Virus record (IMG/VR): IMGVR_UViG_3300045242_000124
Span: 1 to 42,370 of that record
Strand: one strand, 5' to 3'
Length of the DNA: 42,370 bases
DNA from: a virus
In this document: positions 1-9,273 of the stretch, piece by piece
How the letters are laid out: each line of letters opens with the position of its first letter
How positions within the stretch are numbered: position 1 is the first letter of the stretch
The notes under the pieces: model-generated
The model's database searches: none
What the model was told of the DNA's origin: nothing
Seen by the model: only the letters and a program-made list of their open reading frames with translations
Position numbers and translations under genes: made by a program

Positions 1-127
1 CCAAGTTGCGACCCATACCAAACCCAAGCGGGGATTTGTCCCTCTTCTTCATTGTCTGCAGCAGATCATTGGCCGTGAATACCTGCCCCGACGTAGCGCG
101 CCGCTCGGCAGCATCAAATGCCGTGCG
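1..127. repeat. Terminal direct repeat, copy 1 of 2 (identical to 42244-42370). The window is a 42,243-bp unit written with a 127-bp overlap.
   Basis: Compared base by base: 1-127 (ccaagttgcgacccatacc...catcaaatgccgtgcg) equals 42244-42370, which ends on the last base of the window. Confidence 0.97.
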
Positions 128-1255
128 AAACATCGCATAGCCGGTGTCAATCTTTTTGAGGTAAGGAGCAGCCTTGGGATTCTGCTGGGAGAGCTCATCG
201 AAAAGCGCAGTTCTGAATTGTTGAATATAGTCGCCAAGATTGCCTGGGTACTTCGACGCTATCTCGCGGAGGCCCTTATCTACATCCTTGATTCCCGGGC
301 GTTTGGCCCCGACAACGGGGTAGAGAAGCGGAACTAGGCGATTATTGAGAATGTTCTCAAGTTGCTTCTGCTCAGTCTCGGGGAGCTCGGTGGCACTCTG
401 CGCTATCCGCAGCATCTCCGCCTCCATCTTCTTGGAGGGGCCGCTGAATTGCAGACTGGGCAGCACCATGTCGTAGGCCATGGAGAATTGCTTATAGGCT
501 TCCTTCAGAGCATCGCGACCCGGTGTGATGTCAGCCGGAAGCTTGCCACCAATGTTCCCGAGCGCGCCATTCAAGTAAGCAATGTTGAGATCCTCGATGC
601 CGCGACCACGGGCCTCCTTGATGGCGGTGCCGAGAATGGGCTGGCTCTCGGCTGTATTCTCCAGCCGGCGAAGATAGCCGCCCTGTATCTGGCCGGGGGT
701 GAGCCTGAATCCTCGGCGCATGAGCTCCTGCGCCTCAGGCGTTATCGACGGAGTGAGAGCCTTGCCGGCGCCCTTGAGCGCAGCCATGCCGGGGAGTGAC
801 CCGGCTGCACCCAGCAGTGCGTTCTGTGTCGCACTGGTGCCTCCGGGGATTGTGGGTTGTAGCGACCCGCCGAGAGCGCCGGCCGCCGCAGCGCCGACCG
901 GGCCTCCCAGCACAGCCCCGCCGACCATAAGCGGGGTCTCCACCGCCATATTGCCAACGCCGCGCAGAAGAGGATTGACACCGCCTTGTTTCAGCCGTGC
1001 TTCGCGTTGCGCGACCTCCTCGTCCGACAGGGCACCAAATCTCTGCTTGCCGCCGACGATCGGATCCTCCACACCCGCCATGATCGAACCAAAAGCCCCC
1101 ACACCCTCACTAGATGAAATCTTACCTGATGTGGAAAGTCCTTCCGGGGTGGAATGCTGCGCCTGGATGCCACGCAAAGCGCTCGGCCCATCGGGTGCGC
1201 CAGATACCTTATATTTCTTGCCGTTTTCGGGGTTTGTGACGATGTAATCGGGCAT
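1..1255 (-). CDS. Hypothetical virion-module protein: 5' part (418 codons) of a 508-aa ORF that wraps the window junction and continues 42243->41972
   Basis: ATG at 1255-1253 overlaps the TAA of the upstream gene (TAATG). I translated every 60-nt block down to base 1 and found no stop (MPDYIVTNPENGKKYKVSGAPDGPSALRG...FTANDLLQTMKKRDKSPLGFGMGRNL). The last residues match the start of track ORF 41972..42295. The ORF track omits it because it runs off the edge. Confidence 0.8.
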   Translation of the reverse strand, partial: MPDYIVTNPENGKKYKVSGAPDGPSALRGIQAQHSTPEGLSTSGKISSSEGVGAFGSIMAGVEDPIVGGKQRFGALSDEEVAQREARLKQGGVNPLLRGVGNMAVETPLMVGGAVLGGPVGAAAAGALGGSLQPTIPGGTSATQNALLGAAGSLPGMAALKGAGKALTPSITPEAQELMRRGFRLTPGQIQGGYLRRLENTAESQPILGTAIKEARGRGIEDLNIAYLNGALGNIGGKLPADITPGRDALKEAYKQFSMAYDMVLPSLQFSGPSKKMEAEMLRIAQSATELPETEQKQLENILNNRLVPLLYPVVGAKRPGIKDVDKGLREIASKYPGNLGDYIQQFRTALFDELSQQNPKAAPYLKKIDTGYAMFRTAFDAAERRATSGQVFTANDLLQTMKKRDKSPLGFGMGRNL

Positions 1256-2637
1256 TATTTGACCTCTTCGTAGGTCCAGCCACCCGATTCCTGACCATGA
1301 CCGCCCTTCTCTGCCTTCTGCAGAGCCTCAAGGGTGTCGGGGCGCATAAACGTCTTGTCAAAATCCTTTTGCCCTCCCCCCGATTCATATTGTTGCTTGA
1401 GGCCTTCAAATTGGCGCGCCAATAGTTCGCGCGCAGTGTTCAGAGGTCCGTGCAGCATCGCAGGAGCCGCCGCGCTTTCAATCTCTTTCCGGATCTCTTC
1501 ACGATCGGCAAGCGCACCACCGCCAACCGTCACTGCCTTGGCAACCTCACTGCCGACAATAGATGCCGCAGTCTTGAAATCTGCCACCGCCTGCCCAGAG
1601 CCAGACTGAATCCGAGCTCCCTGCATAATCAGGTTAAAAAGCCTGTAATCACTGTTTTGCAGCGCATCAACAAGACGGTCCATCGTGGCCAAATGCCCGA
1701 TGGCATTATTCAGAGATCTTGCTTGCTTACCTTCAGCGCCAGCTGTGAAGGAATTTTCTATCTTCTGGCGCGTGCTATAGGCAGACTGATCAAAAGGTTT
1801 GCCACTTTCCTTCGCTATTTCTTCGACCACCTCCATGGTCGCCCGCCCTGTGGGGTTGCGCCATGCGGCCATCCCGGTAATCGGCGCTTCCTTGGTGTCC
1901 ACAATAGCCTGGGCATGCTTTCTTATGCCCGGATCCTGCTTAAGCTGCTCAACCCGCGAATCCTCCGCTTCATTCTTTGCCTCATACTGTTGCATGGCAG
2001 CGCGGGCGTGCGTCTGGGCCTTTTCACGCTCCATGATCAAGCCATAGGCCGAATTCACATCCCCTTTCTGCATCATCGTCTTGATAATCGGGTCATCGGT
2101 CTGCGACGCTAGCGCATACATGGCCGCCATGCGCGCCTTCATGTCCTTTTGTTCCAAGGCAATCTTGTATTTCGTGATCTCGGTCTGGTTCTGCTCAAGC
2201 GCCTGCGTTGCCGCCTGATGCCAACGCTCCTTGTTCTCCTGAAACACCTGCTGTTGACCGGAGCGGAAGCCATTGATGGCTCCTGCCGCCGAGTTAAAGG
2301 CTGTGGTCATCGCGTTGCGGGTGAACAAGGACCCCAACCCAGCTATGACGATCGCCGGATTCTTGAAGATGTCGAAAACCTCGAGCGGATTGCGCTCGTC
2401 GGCTGGTTGAGGCTTGGGCATGTCCCGCAATTGAGGGGTCGGAGGTAGTCCCATGCCTGTGGATAACTGGGGAGACTGGGAGTTTTCCACAGGCGCGAGG
2501 GCAGGCCGAGTCGCCGGGGTCGCGGGTTGGACGGGCGGGGCCATCTGCTGCCCCATGCGCCGTTTTGCCTCCGCCAAGGCGGGGTCCTCGGTCGTTACGG
2601 CGGCGAAACGAGTATCAAAGGATGCGGGGTCAGCCAT
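1255..2637 (-). CDS. Hypothetical protein (460 aa) in the tail/internal-virion block
   Basis: Long ORF abutting its neighbours (stop at 1255 shares a base with the next ATG; start directly follows the stop of 2638..4086). No motif recognised. Helix-rich, Gln/Ala/Lys-rich composition. Confidence 0.7.
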   Translation of the reverse strand: MADPASFDTRFAAVTTEDPALAEAKRRMGQQMAPPVQPATPATRPALAPVENSQSPQLSTGMGLPPTPQLRDMPKPQPADERNPLEVFDIFKNPAIVIAGLGSLFTRNAMTTAFNSAAGAINGFRSGQQQVFQENKERWHQAATQALEQNQTEITKYKIALEQKDMKARMAAMYALASQTDDPIIKTMMQKGDVNSAYGLIMEREKAQTHARAAMQQYEAKNEAEDSRVEQLKQDPGIRKHAQAIVDTKEAPITGMAAWRNPTGRATMEVVEEIAKESGKPFDQSAYSTRQKIENSFTAGAEGKQARSLNNAIGHLATMDRLVDALQNSDYRLFNLIMQGARIQSGSGQAVADFKTAASIVGSEVAKAVTVGGGALADREEIRKEIESAAAPAMLHGPLNTARELLARQFEGLKQQYESGGGQKDFDKTFMRPDTLEALQKAEKGGHGQESGGWTYEEVK

Positions 2638-4086
2638 TTAGGCCGCCGCGGCTGCCGGCGCTGCCGGCGTCGGTGTTAGGGCCGTTTTGGCCAATTGTGT
2701 GCCAGTTCCAACGGCTAGCCCACCGCCTACCGCGCTGGCAAAGTTGGAGATGGCGTTAGAGAGGTTGGTATCCTGCTGGATGGTGGCGCTCATGAGGTTA
2801 CTATAGATCGTGCCTTGCAGACTGAGGGCCTGCTCCGCGGTCCCGATCGCGCTCTGGCCTGCCTGCTGCATCTGCAGCGCGAGCTGGAAGGATTGAGCCG
2901 CAGCCGATTGCTGCACTTGAGCAATAGCCTGTGCCTCTTGGGCCGATTCACCCATACCCATGCTAGCAAAGCGGGACTTGATGGTGGCAATAGCCGCCTG
3001 TGTCGCCTGATCCACCATGGCCTGAGCACCGGGAGGCAAGACTCCGGTTGCCAATGGTTGTTCCAGCCCCTGCCCATAGGTTTGCTGCTGCGCCGAAAGC
3101 GTCCCGGCCTGATTCGCGACCGCGGTCAATGGCGCCGACCCAGGAGGCGTGTTGGTGCCCAAGGCAGATGCCAGCTTCGGCCCGAGAAGCTGCCCGCCTA
3201 CCGCCAATCCCCCAGTTAGCCCAAGGCCTGCAAGTGTTGGCCCCCACTTGCTAAGAAAGTCCCCAGAGGCCGCCGGAGCGGCACCCGTGGCGGGGGCTGC
3301 AGGAGTAGGAGATCCAAACACCCCTCCAGTCTGAGGATTGGCCGGAGAGACGGTACTGAATTCTGGCGTACTCAATGGCGCTCCTAGTTCAGCCGCGGGC
3401 GCGGCGCCAGGGAGGGCCGCAGTGCTCGGCGTCAGTCCATAGGAAGCGAGCGCATCGGTGGGGAGACCTGGGAGATCGGCGGCGGTCAGGCCAGATAGAG
3501 CAGTGCCGCCAAGCGGGCTTGCAGTGCCAGCATATCCACCGAGGGCAAGGGCATCCCCAGGAATTTGAGGCAAATCTGCGGAAGTAAGACCGGCTAAACT
3601 CGCCACCCCCGGGTCCCCGCCCGGAAGACTGCTGCCAAAAGTCGCCGAGCTGAAGTCGGGAAAATAGCCAACCCCTGGAGGGTCAAGACCGCTGGCCGCG
3701 CCGGCCGCATTCACATCTCCCGCAAAACCCAATGCCGTGCTCGGCGTGGCCGCGCCGGCCGCACCGCCAACGCCCGTCGCCAGGCTTTGCGGGGCCGTTG
3801 CAGCAGCGCCCAAGAGTGTCGGGTCAATCTGATTAGCCGTAAGGCCCAGGCTGGCAAGAAGATCCCCTATCCCAGTCGCCTCGGAGCCAGCGCCGCCGGC
3901 CGCCAGCGCCGCCGTAGCATCGCCAACCGCCGGAATGACCAATGGCGCCGCCAAGGCACCCAGCGCCGGCAAGGCAAACGGAGCGGCAACTGCGCCCAAC
4001 GTCTCGGCAATGGCGGTCGGTGACCCAAACAAATCGTTGCCCAAATTTGAAATGTTGCCTTTGAACAGATCTGTTAGGAATGACAT
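2638..4086 (-). CDS. Ala/Gly/Pro/Thr-rich low-complexity protein (482 aa), possible internal virion or ejection protein
   Basis: Long ORF in the structural operon. Short structured N-terminus (MSFLTDLFKGNISNLGNDLF), then low complexity with a duplicated GLT(S/A)ADLP..P.DALA motif and a Gln-rich C-terminal third. Confidence 0.65.
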   Translation of the reverse strand: MSFLTDLFKGNISNLGNDLFGSPTAIAETLGAVAAPFALPALGALAAPLVIPAVGDATAALAAGGAGSEATGIGDLLASLGLTANQIDPTLLGAAATAPQSLATGVGGAAGAATPSTALGFAGDVNAAGAASGLDPPGVGYFPDFSSATFGSSLPGGDPGVASLAGLTSADLPQIPGDALALGGYAGTASPLGGTALSGLTAADLPGLPTDALASYGLTPSTAALPGAAPAAELGAPLSTPEFSTVSPANPQTGGVFGSPTPAAPATGAAPAASGDFLSKWGPTLAGLGLTGGLAVGGQLLGPKLASALGTNTPPGSAPLTAVANQAGTLSAQQQTYGQGLEQPLATGVLPPGAQAMVDQATQAAIATIKSRFASMGMGESAQEAQAIAQVQQSAAAQSFQLALQMQQAGQSAIGTAEQALSLQGTIYSNLMSATIQQDTNLSNAISNFASAVGGGLAVGTGTQLAKTALTPTPAAPAAAAA

Positions 4087-4088
4087 GG

Positions 4089-4439
4089 CTAGATATCCAG
4101 AAAGGTGTGAGCGGCGAGATGTTCCTGATAGTGATTATAGACCCAATCTTGCACGGACTGTGGGTCTTTGAAGTTCAGATTGGTCAAGTCCTGCCCACCG
4201 TATCCGGTGATATTGTTCATATCGTTATGAAAGAACTGATGCCGCAGCAGACATCCCGTTGCATCACTCGCGACCCACGGAATGATAACATAGATCGGAT
4301 CGTTCGGATTGCCGGCGGCGGTATCCGCCAATATGGCCTGCTGAATATCCTGGTGGTCGATCCAGTTCTGAAACCAAAATTCATCCCACCAGCCAGCATG
4401 ATCCTGCGGTGGCGGTTCGTAGAGGTTGGGCAACCCCAT
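4089..4439 (-). CDS. Hypothetical protein (116 aa), Trp/His/Asp-rich
   Basis: ORF packed 2 nt upstream of 2638..4086 and directly after 4440..4664. Non-repetitive composition. Confidence 0.65.
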   Translation of the reverse strand: MGLPNLYEPPPQDHAGWWDEFWFQNWIDHQDIQQAILADTAAGNPNDPIYVIIPWVASDATGCLLRHQFFHNDMNNITGYGGQDLTNLNFKDPQSVQDWVYNHYQEHLAAHTFLDI

Positions 4440-4664
4440 CTATTTCACCGTCAGAGTCTTAGCCTTGCCGGCACGGTTGCCTCGCTCGCGGCCTTCATTG
4501 TCGTGCATCGCGCCTTGATGCAACGGCGAGCCGTGGGGTTTGGCGGCATAGCAACCAAGCCCCTCAGGGGTGACCACTCCGTCGGGAGTGTCAACCATGA
4601 GGTCACCAGTGACAAGGTTGGAGAGATATCCGGGGAAGTCCTTGCGGGCAAAGATCGGGATCAT
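4440..4664 (-). CDS. Hypothetical protein (74 aa)
   Basis: Start moved to the internal ATG at 4664, which forms an ATGA overlap with the stop of 4661..5404 and follows GAGGAG by 6 nt. The track ORF extends to 4709. Confidence 0.6.
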   Translation of the reverse strand: MIPIFARKDFPGYLSNLVTGDLMVDTPDGVVTPEGLGCYAAKPHGSPLHQGAMHDNEGRERGNRAGKAKTLTVK

Positions 4665-5404
4665 AGTAGTCTCCTCAGGAAGTAGGATGCGGTGCCGTTG
4701 ATCTTCCATATGTTAGCAAGATATATGGCCCCTGTCGTGGTCACATAGGCATCGCCTGCGGTTGTATAGGCAAAGTTGCCCGACAGGGCCGTGCCGGTGA
4801 CGAAGGTCAGGCCCAATCCCCCCGCCAGGCCCCCCGCCACCCCGTTGGTGATCTGCATGAGCATCGCCCCGTCCGTGGTAGGGGCGACTACGCTCAGCGA
4901 GGTCGTATTGTTGACCAGGTATTGCAAATAGCCGTTGGCAAAGTTCAAGGTGGTCGTTGCCAGGGCGGAGAAAGTTCCGACCGCAAAGGCGGTAGAATAA
5001 GCAACTGTCGCATTGTTCGCGGTGTCATTGACGATCAGCCATCCGCCAGAGCTGCTGTTCAGATCGCCCCAGTATTGCAGAATGTAATGGCTGCCGCTGA
5101 GGATCCGACCCGAGCCAGCCTGCACACCGGAGGCAGTATAGAGGTTCAAGGCCCCCAGACCGAGGAGCTGCACCGTGATCGCCGCGGTAGAGTTGGCCGT
5201 GGCCTGGAATGAGAGCATCAGGCCGTTCGTCAGAGCCGTGGGCGCGTAATAGTTGGTGCCGGGAGTGAGCGTAATGGCGTTGGCGGTGCCGCTGACCGTG
5301 CACGGGATTGCTCCCTGCTGCCCCACCACCTGGAACATCGTATCGACTTGCGATAGCGGCTGGTTGCCGGCCGCAAGGTTGGCAAAGGTGGTGGGATAAG
5401 TCAT
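4661..5404 (-). CDS. Tail fiber-like / receptor-binding candidate (247 aa)
   Basis: N-terminus MTYPTTFANLAAGNQPLSQVDTMFQ resembles fiber N-termini. The rest is Thr/Gly/Asn/Ala-rich and looks beta-rich. Lies directly after the 562-aa tail-like protein. Confidence 0.45.
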   Translation of the reverse strand: MTYPTTFANLAAGNQPLSQVDTMFQVVGQQGAIPCTVSGTANAITLTPGTNYYAPTALTNGLMLSFQATANSTAAITVQLLGLGALNLYTASGVQAGSGRILSGSHYILQYWGDLNSSSGGWLIVNDTANNATVAYSTAFAVGTFSALATTTLNFANGYLQYLVNNTTSLSVVAPTTDGAMLMQITNGVAGGLAGGLGLTFVTGTALSGNFAYTTAGDAYVTTTGAIYLANIWKINGTASYFLRRLL

Positions 5405-7093
5405 CTAGCCGCCTATTGGTGATTGCTCTTGGTATACCATGATCTCCTCGGAGAGGACGAATTTAGCGCTGCGACTGGTAGCGGTCCACCCTATCATATT
5501 GCCGCGGGTGTTAATCGACAGACCCGTGCCGATAAATCCCTCATTGCCGTCAGCATTCCAACTGATATTTGAATTGCTGGAATTGACCCACTGCACCATT
5601 TGACTTGATGCGTTGATCCAGGTTACCAAAAAAACATCACTCTGTGTAAATGCCTGTTCCACCAAGGGTGCATTTATCAACTGTGAATCCACAGTCGCAA
5701 ACTCGGTCACTCCGCTGCCAATCTGATCAAAGATGTGGGTAAATATCCGATAGGCCGACTTGGTAATCTGGAACCCACTGCCATTAAACAACTTTGTCTG
5801 CCAAATCTTGGTAAGCATACTACCATTGCTCGAAGAAAAAAGCTTATAAAGACTGATTCCATCCGTCCCCCACGCGCTGGGCTGGGAGTTTATCATCTGC
5901 GTACCGATAAATATGAGATCGGGAGATTGAGAAGCAACAAACCACTTTTTGCCATCCCACACCACAAGCGCATTACGCTTCACACTATCAAAGGGACCAC
6001 GCAGAGGAACCAAAAGAAGGTAACAGCGCTGATTATTGATCATCGCCACAGCAGACGACGGACCCTGCGTCAAGCTTAGGCTGGCTATGAAATTGCCATT
6101 ATCATCAAAAATACCATCTAGTTGATCAGAAACTTTTTGTGTTGCACCACCAAATAATGCATAAACACCGGTCGTGTTGGCATAGATCAGCCCGCGGCCA
6201 AAAGTCTGAACTGTATTTTGCCAGGAAGCCCCGATCTGCGGATCGACATTCTGGTTATTGAATGTCGTGGTTACCGTGGGGGAACCACTCGACTGAATGT
6301 TGGAAATAACATTCACCGAGGAATCACCGAACAAGTACAGAAATCCATTTGCCTGTTGGATACTAAGATATTGCCGCTTGATGAATGGATCGGTGGAGAT
6401 CTGCGAGGTAGCGCCGTTGGCAATCGTATAATCTGTTCCATCGCCAGGAGCAGAACTCAGATAGGTAACACCCAGAGCAGACCAAACACGACCTTGCCAG
6501 ACACCTACAGTAGCGCCTTGAGTACCTGAAGGCATGGTCTCCCCCGTGGTCCCACTGGTGAGCCATAAGGGTGCACCTTGCCCTGGAAAATAGATACCCG
6601 TAGTATCCGCCGCAAAATATCCATTCACCGTTGCATTGCTTACAATAACAATACCGCCGGGACTATACTGTGATGCTTGCGGCAAGGGCGTCCCAAACGT
6701 CGAGGTGCCTGGATAAAAGATGCTCGTCGTTGTAGACTGCGCCACTAAACCACCAGTCGAGGCATTATACACAGCAGCCGTACCCGTCTGAAAAGCAATA
6801 AACACATACTGATCAAAGGACACAAAAGAAGTCGAATTCTTATTCGAATTATACATATAAAAGTAAACAATTGGATTGGCGTTCGACCCCACATTCGGAA
6901 TCTCATTGGTTGCATCCACCATCGAATAGAGGTCTTTGCCGATCGGCTGCATGTTCTCCAGCCAAGAGAACTCCTCGTCATCAATGGCATCGCGGGTGAC
7001 TTGCGTATTGATGCCCTTAACCGGCTTCTGCCCAATAGCAAATAGCTTCGCCTCAGGACCGCCAGCAAACCTCTTTGCAGGATCGTCAGGCAT
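5405..7093 (-). CDS. Large tail structural protein candidate (562 aa)
   Basis: Long ORF in the post-capsid structural operon, start overlapping the stop of 7093..8028. Ser/Thr/Asn/Gly-rich and beta-rich. No motif recognised. Confidence 0.5.
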   Translation of the reverse strand: MPDDPAKRFAGGPEAKLFAIGQKPVKGINTQVTRDAIDDEEFSWLENMQPIGKDLYSMVDATNEIPNVGSNANPIVYFYMYNSNKNSTSFVSFDQYVFIAFQTGTAAVYNASTGGLVAQSTTTSIFYPGTSTFGTPLPQASQYSPGGIVIVSNATVNGYFAADTTGIYFPGQGAPLWLTSGTTGETMPSGTQGATVGVWQGRVWSALGVTYLSSAPGDGTDYTIANGATSQISTDPFIKRQYLSIQQANGFLYLFGDSSVNVISNIQSSGSPTVTTTFNNQNVDPQIGASWQNTVQTFGRGLIYANTTGVYALFGGATQKVSDQLDGIFDDNGNFIASLSLTQGPSSAVAMINNQRCYLLLVPLRGPFDSVKRNALVVWDGKKWFVASQSPDLIFIGTQMINSQPSAWGTDGISLYKLFSSSNGSMLTKIWQTKLFNGSGFQITKSAYRIFTHIFDQIGSGVTEFATVDSQLINAPLVEQAFTQSDVFLVTWINASSQMVQWVNSSNSNISWNADGNEGFIGTGLSINTRGNMIGWTATSRSAKFVLSEEIMVYQEQSPIGG

Positions 7094-8028
7094 TAGAAGT
7101 CACTCTGATAATAGTCAGGTACAAACGGGCCTGTGGTCATGCCCACAGCCTCCTTCATGCGCTCATCATATTCGCCCTTTTGCGCCTTGGCCTCCTCGTA
7201 GCGCTGAGCATCGAGCAGGGCGAGATAGGCCGCATAGTAGGGGACAGGGGTTGTCCAGGGATAAGACAGCGCCTCGGCGGTGGCGTCGGTGACCAGGGCG
7301 ACGGGGTTGCACCAGCAATCCCAATCCATCTGCGAATTCTGCGATGGAAGCTCCCACAGATAGATCGAGCCATTCACCCCCATGCTGTACTGCGACCAGA
7401 CCGTGGGGAAGTTCTGCATCCCGGTATTGTAGGAACGGAAGTAGGCTTGAAACTCGGTCCAAATCTTGGGCTGCAGCAAAGGCTTCATGGCTGCATTAGC
7501 ACCCCAGGCGCAGGCGACCGAAAACACCCCCATGATCTGATCAACCCCGGCAAGGAGGGTCTGGTTGCGGGCTAGCGTCTGCGCGGTAGAGAACTGATAG
7601 ACTTCCTGGGCTACGACAGTGGTAAGGCTATTATCGATCGTAAAGGTGACAGTGGCACCGCCGTTAACGCCGAGGCTGTCGGTGACTGTTGCCGTGGTGG
7701 TGGTTCCGGTGACGTAGCCCCAGCCGCCATTGACCAGGGTGACGGTGCTCAGAGCGCCGCCCGAGAAGGTTCCGGTAAGTTGGGCCTGCTGGCCGGCCCC
7801 ATTCACCACAATCGTTGCCACAGTCCCGGAATAACCCGAGCCTGGAGCGTTGACCGCTACCGCGGTGATGGTGCCTCCGGAGAGGAGAAGGCGTACCGAC
7901 TGGCTACGCCCAGAGATGCGCAGACGGGCGCGGTTGATATAGCCGGTGAGCTGCGCCGCCGTCCAATAATTGTTGGACGGATCGTGCAGAAGATCTGCAG
8001 CCTCATTCTGATAATTAGTGAGGGCCAT
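7093..8028 (-). CDS. Virion structural protein (311 aa), possible adaptor or tail-tube protein with an internal GxGY-bounded repeat
   Basis: Position between the head genes and the large tail protein. Contains NAPGSGYSGTVATIVVNG...VNGGWGYVTGTT, similar to repeats in 10222..11421. Confidence 0.5.
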   Translation of the reverse strand: MALTNYQNEAADLLHDPSNNYWTAAQLTGYINRARLRISGRSQSVRLLLSGGTITAVAVNAPGSGYSGTVATIVVNGAGQQAQLTGTFSGGALSTVTLVNGGWGYVTGTTTTATVTDSLGVNGGATVTFTIDNSLTTVVAQEVYQFSTAQTLARNQTLLAGVDQIMGVFSVACAWGANAAMKPLLQPKIWTEFQAYFRSYNTGMQNFPTVWSQYSMGVNGSIYLWELPSQNSQMDWDCWCNPVALVTDATAEALSYPWTTPVPYYAAYLALLDAQRYEEAKAQKGEYDERMKEAVGMTTGPFVPDYYQSDF

Positions 8029-8743
8029 TCGCCGTTACTCTCTCGAACAAGGCAAAGCCCCACGGCAGATGCAGCGGCCCGGAGAACATAACCCGGCTTG
8101 AACCGGCGGTGTAGGTCTGCATGAAGTGCGGCGAGGTCGGCTCGGGCAGGTCGATGTCGATGTTGAATTTCTCCAGCTTGGAGAGCGCATAACCCTCGCC
8201 GAGCATGAAGGCTGCCAAGCGGGCAACCCCGTAGATATTGTGGAAGCTCTTTCTCGGACGCTGGTGCTCGGTCACCACGATTTCGCAATCAATATCGCCG
8301 GCATAGAGTAGAGCCGAGAAGGCAATCCACTTTGGGTGCAGACGCACACGGATCTGGTGCAGCGGAGTAACATATTCCGGCATCCAAGAAAGCACTTGCA
8401 ACATGACCACGGCATCAACGCCGAAGATCGGTTCAATGTTTTCAAGCGACATCTGCTTGAATTCGGTGTTGGAGGCTCGGCCCTGCCAGGCTTCGGCGTG
8501 GTCAATCAGTGCCTGCGACTGGTCTATCCCCACAAATTTTGCGGTAGGAAAGCATGCGGCCAGATAATTAGTAGGACCGCCAGCACCACAGCCAGCATCG
8601 ACACAAAGACCAACATTTGCCATGCTCCCACGGATGAACTCGGAGAAATGAACCGTCGAACGGTTGGGTTGGGTGTGCTGCCGGGTGTGATACTCCAGCG
8701 TTGCCGCGTCGGGGGTGATGTTCCACTCATTGAGGCGCATCAC
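8015..8743 (-). CDS. Class I SAM-dependent methyltransferase (242 aa)
   Basis: Motif I VDAGCGAGGPTNYL followed by an acidic residue after the next strand (FVGIDQS). Size and layout fit the Rossmann methyltransferase fold. Confidence 0.8.
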   Translation of the reverse strand: MMRLNEWNITPDAATLEYHTRQHTQPNRSTVHFSEFIRGSMANVGLCVDAGCGAGGPTNYLAACFPTAKFVGIDQSQALIDHAEAWQGRASNTEFKQMSLENIEPIFGVDAVVMLQVLSWMPEYVTPLHQIRVRLHPKWIAFSALLYAGDIDCEIVVTEHQRPRKSFHNIYGVARLAAFMLGEGYALSKLEKFNIDIDLPEPTSPHFMQTYTAGSSRVMFSGPLHLPWGFALFERVTANGPH

Positions 8744-9273
8744 CGCCCTCCCTGCTGCTGGCCATCAAGCTTTGGTGCCTCTACATTACTCGGAGGATAG
8801 AATTTTCCAGGAAATTTCAGCGCGGTGACAACATCGGGAGGCATGGCTTGATAGGCCTTGGTATCCTTCTCCATATAATCGTGCATGGCATCATAGCGAG
8901 ATTGAGCCTGTTCCGGATTTGAATAGGAAGGAAACTTATCAAACCCGTATTCCTGCGCACGTGCGATTGCCTGCTCCGGCGGCAATATCTTTCCATCCCA
9001 GACTGTAGGAATGTTATAGGTCTTCCCGTCAATCTCCACTGATGTTTGAAACAGTGAAGAACGAGTCCCGTCAGGATTATCTACACCACCGCGGCCATAA
9101 AGATTACTCAAGTGCATCTGGTATAAGGCAACCTCTTGCGGATTAAGATTCAACTTCTGGCGCGCTTGTGCCAGATTGTCCGGCCTGTCCCGACCGCCTA
9201 TAAGGCTGCGCATGAGTTCGGGATTCTGCATTAGCAGGCGCGCAAAATTATCCGCGGTCAGATCAAGTGGCAT
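8740..9273 (-). CDS. Hypothetical protein (177 aa)
   Basis: ORF overlapping both neighbours by 4 and 11 nt (translational coupling). No motif recognised. Confidence 0.65.
   Translation of the reverse strand: MPLDLTADNFARLLMQNPELMRSLIGGRDRPDNLAQARQKLNLNPQEVALYQMHLSNLYGRGGVDNPDGTRSSLFQTSVEIDGKTYNIPTVWDGKILPPEQAIARAQEYGFDKFPSYSNPEQAQSRYDAMHDYMEKDTKAYQAMPPDVVTALKFPGKFYPPSNVEAPKLDGQQQGGR

Noticed and set aside
1-127. Interpreting the 127-bp repeat as a biological direct terminal repeat of the virion DNA
   Set aside because: It ends flush with the contig end and splits a gene, which is what an assembler overlap on a circular path looks like. Sequence alone cannot separate this from a true DTR, so only closure of the genome is claimed.
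362-1247. Long plus-strand track ORFs 362..799 and 699..1247 (plus minus-strand fragments 49..237, 742..981, 991..1191)
   Set aside because: Pro/Ala/Arg/Gly-rich junk translations typical of antisense or off-frame reading of GC-rich coding DNA. The region is fully explained by the minus-strand frame that stays open from 1255 to base 1 and joins 42243-41972.
2790-4023. Many overlapping track ORFs on both strands inside 2638..4086
   Set aside because: All are low-complexity Arg/Pro/Gly shadows of the Ala/Gly-rich gene. Only the 482-aa frame is continuous and coupled to its neighbours.
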